This document shows positions 20,422 to 30,926 of a DNA stretch of 64,000 nt, piece after piece. Below the pieces are notes generated by a model. The model had not been told where the DNA came from. It ran no database searches and saw only the letters and a program-made list of their open reading frames with translations. Both the position numbers and the translations under genes were made by a program. Numbering within the stretch: position 1 is the first letter of the stretch; each line of letters opens with the position of its first letter. The stretch comes from an uncultured delta proteobacterium (GTDB lineage Bacteria; Desulfobacterota; Syntrophia; Syntrophales; Smithellaceae), in NCBI GenBank assembly GCA_963753975.1, contig CAVWEH010000001.1:354323-418322 (forward strand). The letters run 5' to 3'.

Positions 20422-21990
20422 ATGAAGTTAACCAGTGTAGAAGAAATGCGTTTAATGGATCGCTATGCCATTGAAAAACTGGGCATTGCCGAGGAAATAC
20501 TCATGGAGAATGCGGGCCTTGCCGCTATAAATGTGCTGCAAAATAAAATCGGTATTAAAGGCAGGAAGTTTGTCATCTTCTGCGGTACGGGCAATAACGG
20601 CGGCGACGGCTTAGTAGTCGCGCGCCTTATCCATTCCGGCGGCGGGAAAGTAAAAGTATTTTTGCTGGGAGATAAAAATAAATTTCACGGTGCTGCCCAA
20701 ACCAACATGCCCATAATTGATAAACTGCCCATAGAAGTCTTGAAACTGGAAAACTCAACGGCGGCAAAAAAGGATACAGCCCACAGCGATATGATTATTG
20801 ACGCTATTTTCGGCACCGGGCTTGACCGCGCTGTGGCGGGGTTAGCCGCGGATGTAATTGCACTCGTAAACAAAAGCAAAAAGAAGGTTTTATCTTTGGA
20901 TATTCCTTCCGGTGTTAACGGCAATACCGGCCAAATTTTGGGTGTGGCAGTCAAAGCCGACTATACTGCAACCTTTGGTCTTCCCAAAATCGGTAACATG
21001 CTTTATCCGGGGTATGAACTTTGTGGGGAATTATTTGTCAGCCACATTTCCTTTCCGCCCTCCCTTACTGAAAGAAACGATCTCCCCATTGCCACCAATG
21101 ATTATGTGCCCCTGCCCAAAAGGCCTCCCCAAGCCTACAAAGGTTCAGTGGGTGACGTCCTTTTCATTGCCGGAGCCGTGGGTTATTATGGAGCGCCTTA
21201 TTTTGCGGCCATCTCCTTTATGAAGGCAGGCGGCGGATATGCAAGGCTTGCCGCTCCTAAGTCAATGATCGGCAAGCTGGCGGTAAAGGGAAGAGAGATT
21301 GTTTATCTGCCACAGGAAGAAACAACGGCGGGAAGCATTGCCGTGAAGTGCAAAAATAAATTGCTGGAAGCGTCAGCAAAAGTGGATATGGTGGTGATTG
21401 GCCCCGGCCTTTCCTTGGAGAAAGAAACGATGAGGCTGGTCAAAGAGCTGGCAGCAGCAATCAAAGTACCACTCCTCATTGACGGCGACGGTCTTACAGC
21501 AATTGCGGAAAATCCGGAAATATTACTGACCCGGAAAGCGGCGACAATCTTAACGCCGCACCTGGGTGAAATGGCGCGGCTGACGGGGAAATTTGCCGAG
21601 GAAATTAACAGCAATAAAATAAGTGTTTTGCGGGAAGCGACAGAAAAACTCAAAGCCACAATTGTTTTGAAAGGCGCGCATTCACTGATCGGCACGCAGA
21701 ATGGCAGCGTCTATATTAATCTGAGCGGTAACGCTGGTATGGCAACAGCAGGTTCCGGTGATGTGCTTACCGGCTGCATTGCGGCAATGTACGGGTTGAG
21801 ATTAAAGCCGGAAGAAGCAACACGGAAGGGTGTATTTCTGCACGGCTATGCCGGAGATCTGGCTGCGGCAAAAAAAGGAGCCGATGGAATCATTGCAAGG
21901 GACATTATGGAATTCCTGCCGCAAGCACTCAAAAACGATCGCGAATGTGTAATCGATGAGAAATATTACGCCCCACCGATAATTTTTTGA
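20422..21990 (+). CDS. nnr: Bifunctional NAD(P)HX epimerase/dehydratase (YjeF/Nnr)
   Basis: LMENAG, GNNGGDG, DAIFGTG, DIPSG, TPHLGEM, ATAGSGDVLTG. Confidence 0.95.
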   Translation: MKLTSVEEMRLMDRYAIEKLGIAEEILMENAGLAAINVLQNKIGIKGRKFVIFCGTGNNGGDGLVVARLIHSGGGKVKVFLLGDKNKFHGAAQTNMPIIDKLPIEVLKLENSTAAKKDTAHSDMIIDAIFGTGLDRAVAGLAADVIALVNKSKKKVLSLDIPSGVNGNTGQILGVAVKADYTATFGLPKIGNMLYPGYELCGELFVSHISFPPSLTERNDLPIATNDYVPLPKRPPQAYKGSVGDVLFIAGAVGYYGAPYFAAISFMKAGGGYARLAAPKSMIGKLAVKGREIVYLPQEETTAGSIAVKCKNKLLEASAKVDMVVIGPGLSLEKETMRLVKELAAAIKVPLLIDGDGLTAIAENPEILLTRKAATILTPHLGEMARLTGKFAEEINSNKISVLREATEKLKATIVLKGAHSLIGTQNGSVYINLSGNAGMATAGSGDVLTGCIAAMYGLRLKPEEATRKGVFLHGYAGDLAAAKKGADGIIARDIMEFLPQALKNDRECVIDEKYYAPPIIF

Positions 21991-22003
21991 GGCGAAAAGG
22001 TTA

Positions 22004-22460
22004 GTGCCTCTGAGAAGTAAAAATAAGGAAAAACAAAAATCTGTTTCAAAAAAGACAAAGACAGATCATCCAGAAAGCCACGAAGCTTTTCATGAAGAAA
22101 GGTTATGCGCAAACCACGATGCGTGAAATATCCAAGGCAACCGGAATCGATATCCGCAATTTGTATTATTTTATTAAGAGCAAAGATGAAATTATTTTTC
22201 TGGTTTGCCAGATGATTCACACACCAATGATGGAGATTATTAATAATCAGAACATCATGTATATTGACGACCCTGTTGAACAGCTTCATCTAGGAGAGCC
22301 TTTTAGTTTCGCGTATCGAAGAAATTCTGAAGAAGGGAAAGGAAAGAAAGGTATTTCAATTTAAAGACTCTTCTTTTACCGCAAATTTCATCGTTTACGG
22401 ATTCTCTCTTAACCCGCTGCGACATTGGAACATGAAAAAATATTCCAAAAAAGAACTTTT
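22004..22460 (+). pseudogene. TetR family regulator, disrupted (frameshift plus apparent internal deletion)
   Basis: HTH LFMKKGYAQTTMREISKATGIDIRNLYYFIKSKDEI. A C-terminal piece ESLLVSRIEEILKKGKERKVFQFKD...PLRHWNMK lies in another frame after about 22290. Confidence 0.7.
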
Positions 22461-22618
22461 GTTTCTGCTCGAGAGGGAACTCATGAGAACGGTCATAATT
22501 TGATTGTGTCGGGCAGTAGTGGCAAGAAACGGTCAGCTTGCCCAGCGTATGCTGGGCGACCATTTTCTGTAAACCGTCTCAATATCATCTCAGATTTAGA
22601 ATTAGTGTAAGTTGAAAC

Positions 22619-22653
22619 AAAAAAGCCGGGAGTGGATAACTCCCGGCTTTTTT
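22619..22653. terminator. Bidirectional intrinsic terminator
   Basis: AAAAAGCCGGGAGT-GGATA-ACTCCCGGCTTTTT. Confidence 0.9.
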
Positions 22654-22669
22654 GTTTTTGATTACTGTC

Positions 22670-23785
22670 TTAAGCAAGATATTTTTTCTGAACACCGCGA
22701 AGGATATCTTCCGCTTCCTTGACCATAGTTTGTACCAGGTCAGCCACTTTAGGCATATCATTGATACGCTGGGCGGCCTCGCCGGCTGCCATCATGGCTT
22801 TTCCCTGATCCCCTTCGCATACAGCTTTGATGGATTCTTTCTCATACTCGATCAGGCTTTGCGCTTCCGGGCTCGCATAATCATCAGGGAATCCCAAAAA
22901 AATACCGGGGGATTTCTTCAGGGTATTGACAGCATGCTCCGAGCTGCGCGGGTTTTTAATCCACCGTGCAGGACCGACAAAACCGCGGGCCACCAGCGTT
23001 GCCCTGTCGCCTGCCGCCACAACTCCCTCTTTCCAGATCTGATGGAAATCACTCTCCTGTGTGGCCAAAAAGCGTGTGCCCATTTGAGCACCGTCGGCAC
23101 CCAGAACCAGGGCCGCGGCAAGGGTCTTGCCGTCGCAGAATCCGCCGGCTCCACAGACAAGAGTCTTTTCATCGGACACCGCCTCAACTACGGCGGGGAG
23201 CAGGATCATGGAATGGACCGGTTCCCATGAGGTATGGAATCCACCTTCATGGCCCGAGGCGACGATCACATCTACACCTGCTTTTTTGCAGCGCAACGCG
23301 CCTTTTACGGACGGGACAACATGCATCCAGGTAAATCCGGCGCCCTTGATCTTGTCTTTCCATCCTACCGGATCACCGGCGGAGGTGAAAATGACTTTGA
23401 AGTTTTTCTTCATTTCGGGATTTTCTTTACGGACCCTGATGGCCGTATCGACGATAATGTTTGCCTGGGTCATAAGTTCTGCTGAAACCATAACATTGAT
23501 GCCAAAGATGCCGCCCTTGTCTTTGGTCAGACGGTAAGTGCGCTTCAGGAGCTTTTCCATCACTGTCGCCATATCGTCGTCCATGGTCGAATCCGCCGTT
23601 TGAATAAAGGCGTTATAAATCCATGGTTGAGCCGTTTTGTCAAAAAGGCCGCTGGTGGAAAGCAGTCCCAAAACACCGGCATTGGCTGCTGCCACGGCAA
23701 GGTTATTGTTGGAAAACGGACCCATGCCCGCCTGAATGATAGGATACTTGATCCCGATCATCTCACAAAGTCTTGATTTAATCAT
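22670..23785 (-). CDS. Nitronate monooxygenase / FabK-like FMN-dependent oxidoreductase
   Basis: IKYPIIQAGMG, GHEGGFH, AGGFCDG, GADGAQMGTRFLATQES. Confidence 0.88.
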   Translation of the reverse strand: MIKSRLCEMIGIKYPIIQAGMGPFSNNNLAVAAANAGVLGLLSTSGLFDKTAQPWIYNAFIQTADSTMDDDMATVMEKLLKRTYRLTKDKGGIFGINVMVSAELMTQANIIVDTAIRVRKENPEMKKNFKVIFTSAGDPVGWKDKIKGAGFTWMHVVPSVKGALRCKKAGVDVIVASGHEGGFHTSWEPVHSMILLPAVVEAVSDEKTLVCGAGGFCDGKTLAAALVLGADGAQMGTRFLATQESDFHQIWKEGVVAAGDRATLVARGFVGPARWIKNPRSSEHAVNTLKKSPGIFLGFPDDYASPEAQSLIEYEKESIKAVCEGDQGKAMMAAGEAAQRINDMPKVADLVQTMVKEAEDILRGVQKKYLA

Positions 23786-23825
23786 AAAACATCTCCTCTA
23801 TTCCGATTTTCGTGCGTCTTGAAGT

Positions 23826-23966
23826 AAATTAATTCATACAACGATCGTTGGTTGTATGAATTAATTTAGCCGATGTTATTTTGTCAAGTGTTATTTTTAA
23901 TTGCAAATTTTAAAAAAGCTTGACAAAATAATTAGAGGTGACTACTAGAGCCAACGATCGTTGTAT
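23826..23966. promoter_or_regulatory. Divergent promoter region with two copies of a palindromic operator (CAACGATCGTTG)
   Basis: ATACAACGATCGTTGG at 23836-23851 and its inverse at 23951-23966. TTGACA on both strands (23882-23887 on -, 23920-23925 on +). Confidence 0.7.
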
Positions 23967-23994
23967 TATTTATCCATAGATTAAAGGAGCTGTT

Positions 23995-24861
23995 ATGACC
24001 ATGAAAACAAGCAAGATCAACGTTTCTCGAGGGATATTTAGTGTTCGGGATCGGAGAAACAAAGATGGATTTCCCGTAATAATGCTGCATGGATGGCCGG
24101 AAAGCTCTTATTGCTGGGAGGGGGTCACAGATTTTCTTAAACCGGAACTGCGTGTCATTGCTCCTGATCTGCGTGGCCTTGGCGAGAGCGTTCGCACCTT
24201 GGACGTAAAGGCCTATCAGAAATTGGAACTCGCCAAAGATGTTGTTGCGATTATTGATGCCCTTAAGATCGATTCCTTCTTTCTCGTTGGTCATGACTGG
24301 GGCGGCATTGTGGCTCAGGAAGTGGCTTTTCTGATTACCGAACGAGTGAAAAAATTTGTCATTATGAACATTCCTGTCGTCACCAACACCGCTGGGGCAC
24401 AAGAAGTGGTGAAGGTTATGACCGCCATGAGGTTTATTCCCTACTGGTATCAGTATTTCCAACAGCAGCCGGGTTTGGCGGAAGCCATGATCAAAGGTAA
24501 CGAAGACGTCTGGGTTCGCTATTTCTTCGGGAAGGCGGGCAACGATGGTATCATTCCTCCTGCAGCCATTGCTGAATATATTCGCTGCTACAGTATTGAA
24601 AATACGCCTGCTACCGCCGCGTCTTATTATCGCGCCATGCGCTATGACGTCAAACGCTGGGCGACTCTCAGAGGTAAGAAGTTTTCCATGCCTACACTCT
24701 ATATTTACGGATACGAAGATCCAGTGATTATCCCGGAAAACTTAAATCACATTGAAGATTGTTTTGATTCGATTAAAGTGGAAAAACTCAAGGCCGGGCA
24801 TTTTGTCCAGGAAGAGAAACCCCAAGAGGTTGCCATGTTGATGAACGGCTTTTTAAAATAA
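23995..24861 (+). CDS. Alpha/beta hydrolase (epoxide hydrolase/dehalogenase-like)
   Basis: HGWPES, PDLRGLGES, Asp nucleophile GHDWGG, GHFVQEEKP. Confidence 0.9.
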   Translation: MTMKTSKINVSRGIFSVRDRRNKDGFPVIMLHGWPESSYCWEGVTDFLKPELRVIAPDLRGLGESVRTLDVKAYQKLELAKDVVAIIDALKIDSFFLVGHDWGGIVAQEVAFLITERVKKFVIMNIPVVTNTAGAQEVVKVMTAMRFIPYWYQYFQQQPGLAEAMIKGNEDVWVRYFFGKAGNDGIIPPAAIAEYIRCYSIENTPATAASYYRAMRYDVKRWATLRGKKFSMPTLYIYGYEDPVIIPENLNHIEDCFDSIKVEKLKAGHFVQEEKPQEVAMLMNGFLK

Positions 24862-24863
24862 TC

Positions 24864-25389
24864 ATGAAATCCGGAAAGCAAGGAAAACTGGATTCCATTC
24901 GTAAAAATATTCTGCGATTATTCTGGTGTGCCATTGGTGCCGCAATCGGCATTGGTTTGGCCCTGTGGGTCGTGGGAGCAACTTCCTCCCCTTTTATTCT
25001 TGCTTCTCTGGGCGGTTCAACAGTGTTCCTTTTCGGTTTGACAAGCGCGGCCGCAGCACAACCTCGCGCTCTATTCGGCGGCCATCTGGGCAGCACGCTG
25101 ATTGGCGTACTCTGTTTTCAGGCATTTGGTGATGCGCTTTTGGGTTTGCACGCTGGCAGTCGTTTTGTCACTAGTTTTCAGACTATCCACCAAAGCAGTA
25201 CACCCATCGGCAGGAGCTAACCCGTTGATTATGGTTAATGGCCATGCCGGATTTAACGCGCTGTGGCAACCGGTTGGTCTGGGTATTCTCATCCTGGCTA
25301 TTGTAACCGCTTTGTGGAGCCGTGTAATACCGGGAATGATTTCTTACCCTGTAAACTGGATTGAAAAATCACCACATTCGATTTTTTAA
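24864..25389 (+). pseudogene. HPP family membrane protein, frameshifted near 25140 (possibly a sequencing error)
   Basis: ASLGGSTVFLFG, AAQPRALFGGH, then HPSAGANPL in the next frame. One extra T in CTTTTGG. Confidence 0.8.
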
Positions 25390-25403
25390 AGGAGAAAAAC
25401 ATT

Positions 25404-25784
25404 ATGTCGAGTCTCGAAAGCAATGAAGATCAATTTCAGGCGTTAGCCGCCAGTAAAAACGAAGAACCATTTGTTATGCTCAACCTGCTGAAGTTTAAAA
25501 AGGAAGGCGGTCGGGAGGCCTATTTCCGTTATATCAAGGAATCGGGTCCCTTTGTCGAAAGCGTCGGTGCCAAGGTGCTTTATTTCGGCAAGGCAAAAGA
25601 GTTACTCAATGGAAGCCAGACGTGGGATGTCGTCATGCTCGTCCAATATCCTTCACGCAAGGCGTTCCTCAAAATGGCCAATAACCCCGACTATCTCAAG
25701 GTTCATCATTCCCGTGAAGAAGCCTTGGAACGGGCGGTTCTCTATGTGACAGATCCTGTTAAGTTCAGGGATATCATTTCTTAG
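25404..25784 (+). CDS. DUF1330-like domain protein
   Basis: PFVMLNLLKF, WDVVMLVQYPSRKAF, HHSREEAL. RBS AAGGAG. Confidence 0.8.
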   Translation: MSSLESNEDQFQALAASKNEEPFVMLNLLKFKKEGGREAYFRYIKESGPFVESVGAKVLYFGKAKELLNGSQTWDVVMLVQYPSRKAFLKMANNPDYLKVHHSREEALERAVLYVTDPVKFRDIIS

Positions 25785-25924
25785 TTAGTGACGCCCAAGT
25801 GACATCGCCTCGATTTTTTATGAGTTTTTTTACAATAGCTTTTGAAAGAAGAAATTATAATCAGAATCAATGAAGTTATGGCAGCATTATACCATTTCGA
25901 TTTCAAAGGATCACGGGTAATACC

Positions 25925-26110
25925 CCCCGCTTTGCGGGATTGTTCAACTTACCAATTCCGCCGCGCTCCGCTTTCAGAATTGGAGTTTCAACAATAACGC
26001 GGCGGCAAGGAGGAGGCGAGGCGTATAACCTGAAGGTCACGCGTTGCACATGCGTTGAGGATGCTGACGATCCAGCATACGCCGGACAGGCTCCGCCAAC
26101 AAAGTTAGCC
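25925..26110. repeat. Composite palindromic intergenic element
   Basis: CCCGCTTTGCGGG; TTGTTCAACT-TACCAATTC...GAATTGGAGTTTCAACAA; GCAAGGAGGAGGCGAGGCGTA; embedded TCCAGCATACGCCGGACAGG. Confidence 0.55.
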
Positions 26111-26210
26111 AAAGACCGGGAGCGCATCCTGTAAGGGAGCGCCTTATAAATAAACCTTACTCTACCGGTAATTATCACCTGAAAGATGGTAACTTACATG
26201 CGACTTGGTA

Positions 26211-27185
26211 TTATATATTTCGGGAGAGGATATATTCGGCGACGGCATTAAGTTGATTTATCTCCACACAGTCGGGAAACAGATTCAGCCGCGCTTTAGC
26301 GTCACTGATGAAGTTTTCTGCGCATTTTAAAGAATAATCAATTCCCTTGTATTTTTGAATCAAACCTAAAATTTCCTGTGCCATTTTTTGCGAAAGTTTT
26401 TTCTTGAATATCAATTCTTTGGTTTTTCCCCTTTCTTCTTTTGAGCACTGCTTTAACGTGTAAATAAGCGGCAGAGTTATTTTGCCTTCTTCCAAATCCT
26501 TGCCGATGGATTTGCCGAATTCTTTTTCCTTGGCCATGTAATCCAAAGTGTCATCCGTCATTTGAAAAGCCATACCGATATTTCTACCGAATTGCGTCAG
26601 CGCGCTAATCTGTTCTTCTGACGCCGAACCGAGAATCGCTCCGCAGGCGCAGGCCGCGGAAATTAAAACCGCTGTTTTCTTCTCGATGATCGTTAAGTAT
26701 TCTTCTTCGGTCATTTTGACGTCGCCGCATTTCATGAGTTGAAAAACTTCGCCCTCAGACATAACGTTTGTGACTTCGGACATCATTTTTAAAATGGCAA
26801 TATTTTCGATTTCAGTCATTAAAGTGAAAGACTTGGAATAAAGAAAATCGCCGACGAGAACACTCGCGGCATTGCCCCAGATATTGTTGGCGGAAGTTTT
26901 GCCGCGGCGGATGATTGCCTGATCGATAACGTCATCGTGCAGTAAGGTGGCGGTATGGATAAATTCCATAACTGCGGCCATCGGGAAACGATTGTTTCCC
27001 TTATATCCGCAAAGTCCGGCGCATATTAAAAGCAAAAGCGGACGGAATCTTTTTCCGCCGCTGCCAATCAAGTGGTGCGAGACTTCGGGAATCAATTTAA
27101 CTTCGGAAGTAATGTGTTTATTGAGGTAATCTTCTACCTCTAACAGGTCTTCTTTATATGCGGAAAATACATCTTGAATTTGCAT
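26211..27185 (-). CDS. Polyprenyl diphosphate synthase (IspB-like)
   Basis: GGKRFRP, LLHDDVID...RRG, FQMTDDTLD, GKDLEEGKITLP. Confidence 0.93.
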   Translation of the reverse strand: MQIQDVFSAYKEDLLEVEDYLNKHITSEVKLIPEVSHHLIGSGGKRFRPLLLLICAGLCGYKGNNRFPMAAVMEFIHTATLLHDDVIDQAIIRRGKTSANNIWGNAASVLVGDFLYSKSFTLMTEIENIAILKMMSEVTNVMSEGEVFQLMKCGDVKMTEEEYLTIIEKKTAVLISAACACGAILGSASEEQISALTQFGRNIGMAFQMTDDTLDYMAKEKEFGKSIGKDLEEGKITLPLIYTLKQCSKEERGKTKELIFKKKLSQKMAQEILGLIQKYKGIDYSLKCAENFISDAKARLNLFPDCVEINQLNAVAEYILSRNI

Positions 27186-27234
27186 AAAATATTACCTTAT
27201 CCGAATAGAGACGTATATATATTTTAATATCCCG

Positions 27235-28629
27235 TTAATTGTCAAACTGGATTTTGGATGGAGAAAGAATCTAAAGTTCTTTGCGCTAAGGATAACTTCT
27301 CCAAATAGATCGTAATCATCGGCGGTAATGATTTTACATTTTACGATCTAGCCGATTTTGGTGTCGCTTGCCTTTAACATAGGTTACACCGTCAATTTCC
27401 GGGGCTTGCCGGCGGCATCTGCCCATGAAGTCATAATCCGGCCTGTCGCTTTTTTCTTCGATAAGTACTTCCTGCATGGCACCGATTAAATTCTTATTGC
27501 TGGCGTTGGATATAGCTGCCTGCTCATTCATAATCAAATCCCTGCGGCGCTCTTTTTCTTTTTCTGATATCTGTGCTTTTAACTTTGCCGCGTTTGTTCC
27601 TTCTTCCCGCGAATAGGTAAAAACACCTAGATGGTCAAATTTTGTTTCACGCACAAAGTCGAGCAATTTTTCAAATCTTTTTTTTGTTTCGCCCGGAAAG
27701 CCGACGATGAGCGATGTCCTCAGCGCGACATCGGGAATTATTTCCCTTGCCTTAACGATAATTTCTTTAATTTTTGTGCCGGTCACTTTACGGTTCATGG
27801 CTGAAAGAATTGTATCGTCAATATGCTGAATCGGCAAATCAATATAGCGGCAAATTTTTTCATTCGCTGCTATAACGTCCATCAACTCATTGGTAATATG
27901 CGCCGGATGAGCATAAAGAAGCCTAATCCATTTGATCCTTTTGATTTGCGCCATGTCGTTTAACAGGTCGGATAACCGCGGCCGGTCTTTTAAATCCCTG
28001 CCGTAGGCTGTCGTATCTTGAGCAGTGATAATGACTTCCTTTATTCCTTGGGCAGCCAGGATTTTCGACTTCTCTCAAGATATCATTGGCTTTCGGCTGC
28101 GGGCTTTACCGCGAATAGTCGGTATCACGCAGTAAGAACAACAATTGGAACAACCGTCAGAAATTTTTATATAGGCGGTGGTTGTTTTCGCCGGCAGTAT
28201 TCTGGGATGGTGGCAGTTCATTAAAAAATTAGGTTTGGTAATTACATCGGCGCGCCGAAAATTAGTTTTATCCAGTTTATTTATGTGCCGGACAATGTTG
28301 CCGATTTCGCCGGTACCGATAAATAAATCCACTTCGGGAATTTGGGCGGAGAGTTCCTTGCCGTAGCGTTGAGCAAGGCATCCGGCGACAACCAGCTTAA
28401 ATTGGCTGTCGCCTTTTTTCTTCGCTTCCGCCAGAGTTAAAATTTCTTCTAGGGATTCTTCCTTGGCCGGATTGATAAAGGCGCAAGTATTGACAATGAT
28501 GATGTCGGCTGAATCGTTGCGATCAACTGTTTGCAGGCCGGACTTATTTAAGAGGCCGCCCATTACTTCTGAGTCAATGAGATTTTTGGGACAACCCAAA
28601 CTGACGATATGTACCTTCTGCTGTTTTAT
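27235..28629 (-). pseudogene. rimO: Ribosomal protein S12 methylthiotransferase RimO, interrupted in this assembly
   Basis: SLGCPKNLIDSE, NTCAFI, GCLAQRY, CSNCCSYC, AQDTTAYG, APEIDG. Lesions near 28060-28090 and about 27350-27370. Ends approximate. Confidence 0.88.
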
Positions 28630-30883
28630 TGTTCTTCAACGCGGGAGCTTTCGAACTAAGGACTTTTCTGGGTTTGGCGCCGTCAGATGGGCCGACAATG
28701 CCTTCGCGCTCCATTTGCTCAATGATGCGCGCCGCGCGGTTATAACCGATTTTCATATAACGCTGAATCAACGATATGGAAGCCTGTCCCAGTTCACCAA
28801 TCAAAGCCACGGCTTCGTCGTATTTTTCGTCATAATTATCATCTTCGTGCTGAGCCTGAGCAGCGGCCAACTCGAATTTTTCGATGGAAGAATCATATGC
28901 GGGTTGTGCCTGCATTTTGATGAAATCGACAATGCGGGAAATTTCCTTGTCCGAAACATAAGCTCCGTGGATGCGCGAAAGCTTGGATGTGCCCGGCGGA
29001 ATAAAAAGCATATCTCCGGCGCCGAGAAGCTGTTCTGCGCCCTGCTGGTCGATAATTGTGCGGGAATCGATTTTAGAAGACACCTGAAACGAAATACGTG
29101 TGGGGAAATTCGCTTTAATCAAACCGGTAATAACATCCACCGACGGCCGCTGAGTCGCAATAATAAGATGAATGCCGGCCGCCCGAGCCATCTGCGCCAG
29201 ACGTGTCAGCGATTCTTCCACATCGCGCGGCGCGATCATCATTAAATCAGCCAGCTCGTCGATAACAACGACAATGTAAGGAAGTTTTGTATGATTAATC
29301 GGCGCTTCGCTTTCCGCGGTGCCGGTTGAAGGATACGCGAATTCGGGTTTATGCCATGATTCGGACTGCTGCTCTTTTGCCTCACGAAATGCCTTGCTCT
29401 TTATGCCTTTGGCGAGCAATTCGTTGTAAAAGTCGATGCTTTTCGCGCCGATATCGCTGATCACGCGATAGCGCCTTTCCATCTCTTCCACCGTCCAGCG
29501 TAAAACCTGCGAAGCTTTTTTGGGATCAACAACAACAGGGTGAATTAAATGCGGGATGCCGCCGTAAGATGATAGCTCCAGCCTTTTCGGATCAATCATG
29601 AGGAATTTGACATCATCGGGCTTTGCTTTAAAAAGAATACTGCAGATCATCGCGTTCAGCGCTACACTTTTGCCGGAGCCGGTCGTACCGGCAATGAGAA
29701 GGTGTGGCATTTTCGTTAAATCCGCAATAACCGGCGCGCCCACGAAATTGACGCCCAGGGCAATGGGGAGCCTCGAAGACGACTCCAGAAATGCTTCGTT
29801 ATCCAATACGTCCTTGAGAAAAACCTGTTCTCTTTTGAGGTTGGGTATTTCGATGCCGATGACCGATTTGCCGGGAATAGGCGCGATAATGCGGATACTC
29901 GGCGCCATCAAAGCCAGGGCCAGATCGTCGGCCAGATTGGTGATTCGGTTAATCTTGACACCGGGGGCCGGTTCCAACTCATACATGGTGATGACCGGGC
30001 CGGGCATGACTTCCACAACACGTGCCTCGACGCCGAAATCGGATAATTTTTTTTCCAGAATGCGGGAATTGGTAATCAAATTATCCCGCTTGACACGGGC
30101 ATCCTTGTGTTGAGCTTCCTCTAACAAAGTAAAGGGAGGCAGTTGGAACTTGCCGTCCGTTGTTGTTTTAGTAAAATTGAAATGAGTCTGCTCGATTTTT
30201 TTGAGGTTTGTCTTTTTTAACGCTGATGGATTTTCTTCAAATACAGGCTGAGGTTGCCTCTCCACTTTTATATTTTTAAATACAAGATTAACAAAATCAA
30301 AAAGGCGTTTGTTGCCAAAGGTGATTATTTTCAATGCGGATTGAGAAACTCTTTGAGCTACGGATACCAGTGAGAATTCGACTAAAGAAATCAGTGTTAC
30401 AATAAAAATAAGAATTAAAATAATATAAGTTCCAGCCACATTAAAGCAATATAAAAGCAGCCGGACAATTAATGCGCCGATTATGCCGCCGGCCTTCAGT
30501 GTTTCTCCGTAAATTATTATATCACCATTCAAAATTATTGCCATAAGTCCGGAAAAAGCCAGGACAAAAAAGAAAAATCCTAAAAGCCTGCCGGATTTGA
30601 TAGCGAAAGAAGGCCTTAAAAAATATTTAAAAGAGCACAAAAACAAAATTAAAGGCAAAAGAAAAGAACCGAATCCTAAAAGACGGATTAATGAATCGGC
30701 GGTGTAGGAACCGATATAGCCGGTGAAGTTGTGAGTAGCTTTGTCGTCAACGACGAAACGGGTAAAGGAAGGATCTTGCGGCTGGTAAGAAATAAGACAC
30801 AAAAGCGTAAATACAGCCAGGGCCAAACATACTACGCCTTTAATTTCCCGATTTCTCTTATTGTCCGTATTTTTTTCTTCCAT
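28574..30883 (-). CDS. ftsK: DNA translocase FtsK
   Basis: N-terminal TM region, GTTGSGKS, IDELADLM, ATQRPSVDV, gamma domain IGYNRAARIIE. True stop is probably at about 28636 (VLVRKLPR*) if one extra base is removed. Confidence 0.97.
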   Translation of the reverse strand: MEEKNTDNKRNREIKGVVCLALAVFTLLCLISYQPQDPSFTRFVVDDKATHNFTGYIGSYTADSLIRLLGFGSFLLPLILFLCSFKYFLRPSFAIKSGRLLGFFFFVLAFSGLMAIILNGDIIIYGETLKAGGIIGALIVRLLLYCFNVAGTYIILILIFIVTLISLVEFSLVSVAQRVSQSALKIITFGNKRLFDFVNLVFKNIKVERQPQPVFEENPSALKKTNLKKIEQTHFNFTKTTTDGKFQLPPFTLLEEAQHKDARVKRDNLITNSRILEKKLSDFGVEARVVEVMPGPVITMYELEPAPGVKINRITNLADDLALALMAPSIRIIAPIPGKSVIGIEIPNLKREQVFLKDVLDNEAFLESSSRLPIALGVNFVGAPVIADLTKMPHLLIAGTTGSGKSVALNAMICSILFKAKPDDVKFLMIDPKRLELSSYGGIPHLIHPVVVDPKKASQVLRWTVEEMERRYRVISDIGAKSIDFYNELLAKGIKSKAFREAKEQQSESWHKPEFAYPSTGTAESEAPINHTKLPYIVVVIDELADLMMIAPRDVEESLTRLAQMARAAGIHLIIATQRPSVDVITGLIKANFPTRISFQVSSKIDSRTIIDQQGAEQLLGAGDMLFIPPGTSKLSRIHGAYVSDKEISRIVDFIKMQAQPAYDSSIEKFELAAAQAQHEDDNYDEKYDEAVALIGELGQASISLIQRYMKIGYNRAARIIEQMEREGIVGPSDGAKPRKVLSSKAPALKNNKTAEGTYRQFGLSQKSH

Positions 30884-30926
30884 TATTGCCGCACATTAAA
30901 AAAAATTGTTAATGATGGTGATTATT

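Noticed and set aside
25903..26178. ORFs 25903-26178 and 25940-26134
   Set aside because: They overlap the palindromic repeat element and lack an RBS or protein-like features.
28075..28077. In-frame TGA in rimO as possible selenocysteine or stop readthrough
   Set aside because: The flanking residues only match RimO (NDILREVE) in a shifted frame. The TGA comes from compensating indels and does not align with a conserved Cys.
28463..29245. Long antisense ORFs (260 aa here; also 22652-23230 and 49228-49752)
   Set aside because: They are shadows of well-supported genes on the opposite strand, with no recognisable motifs.
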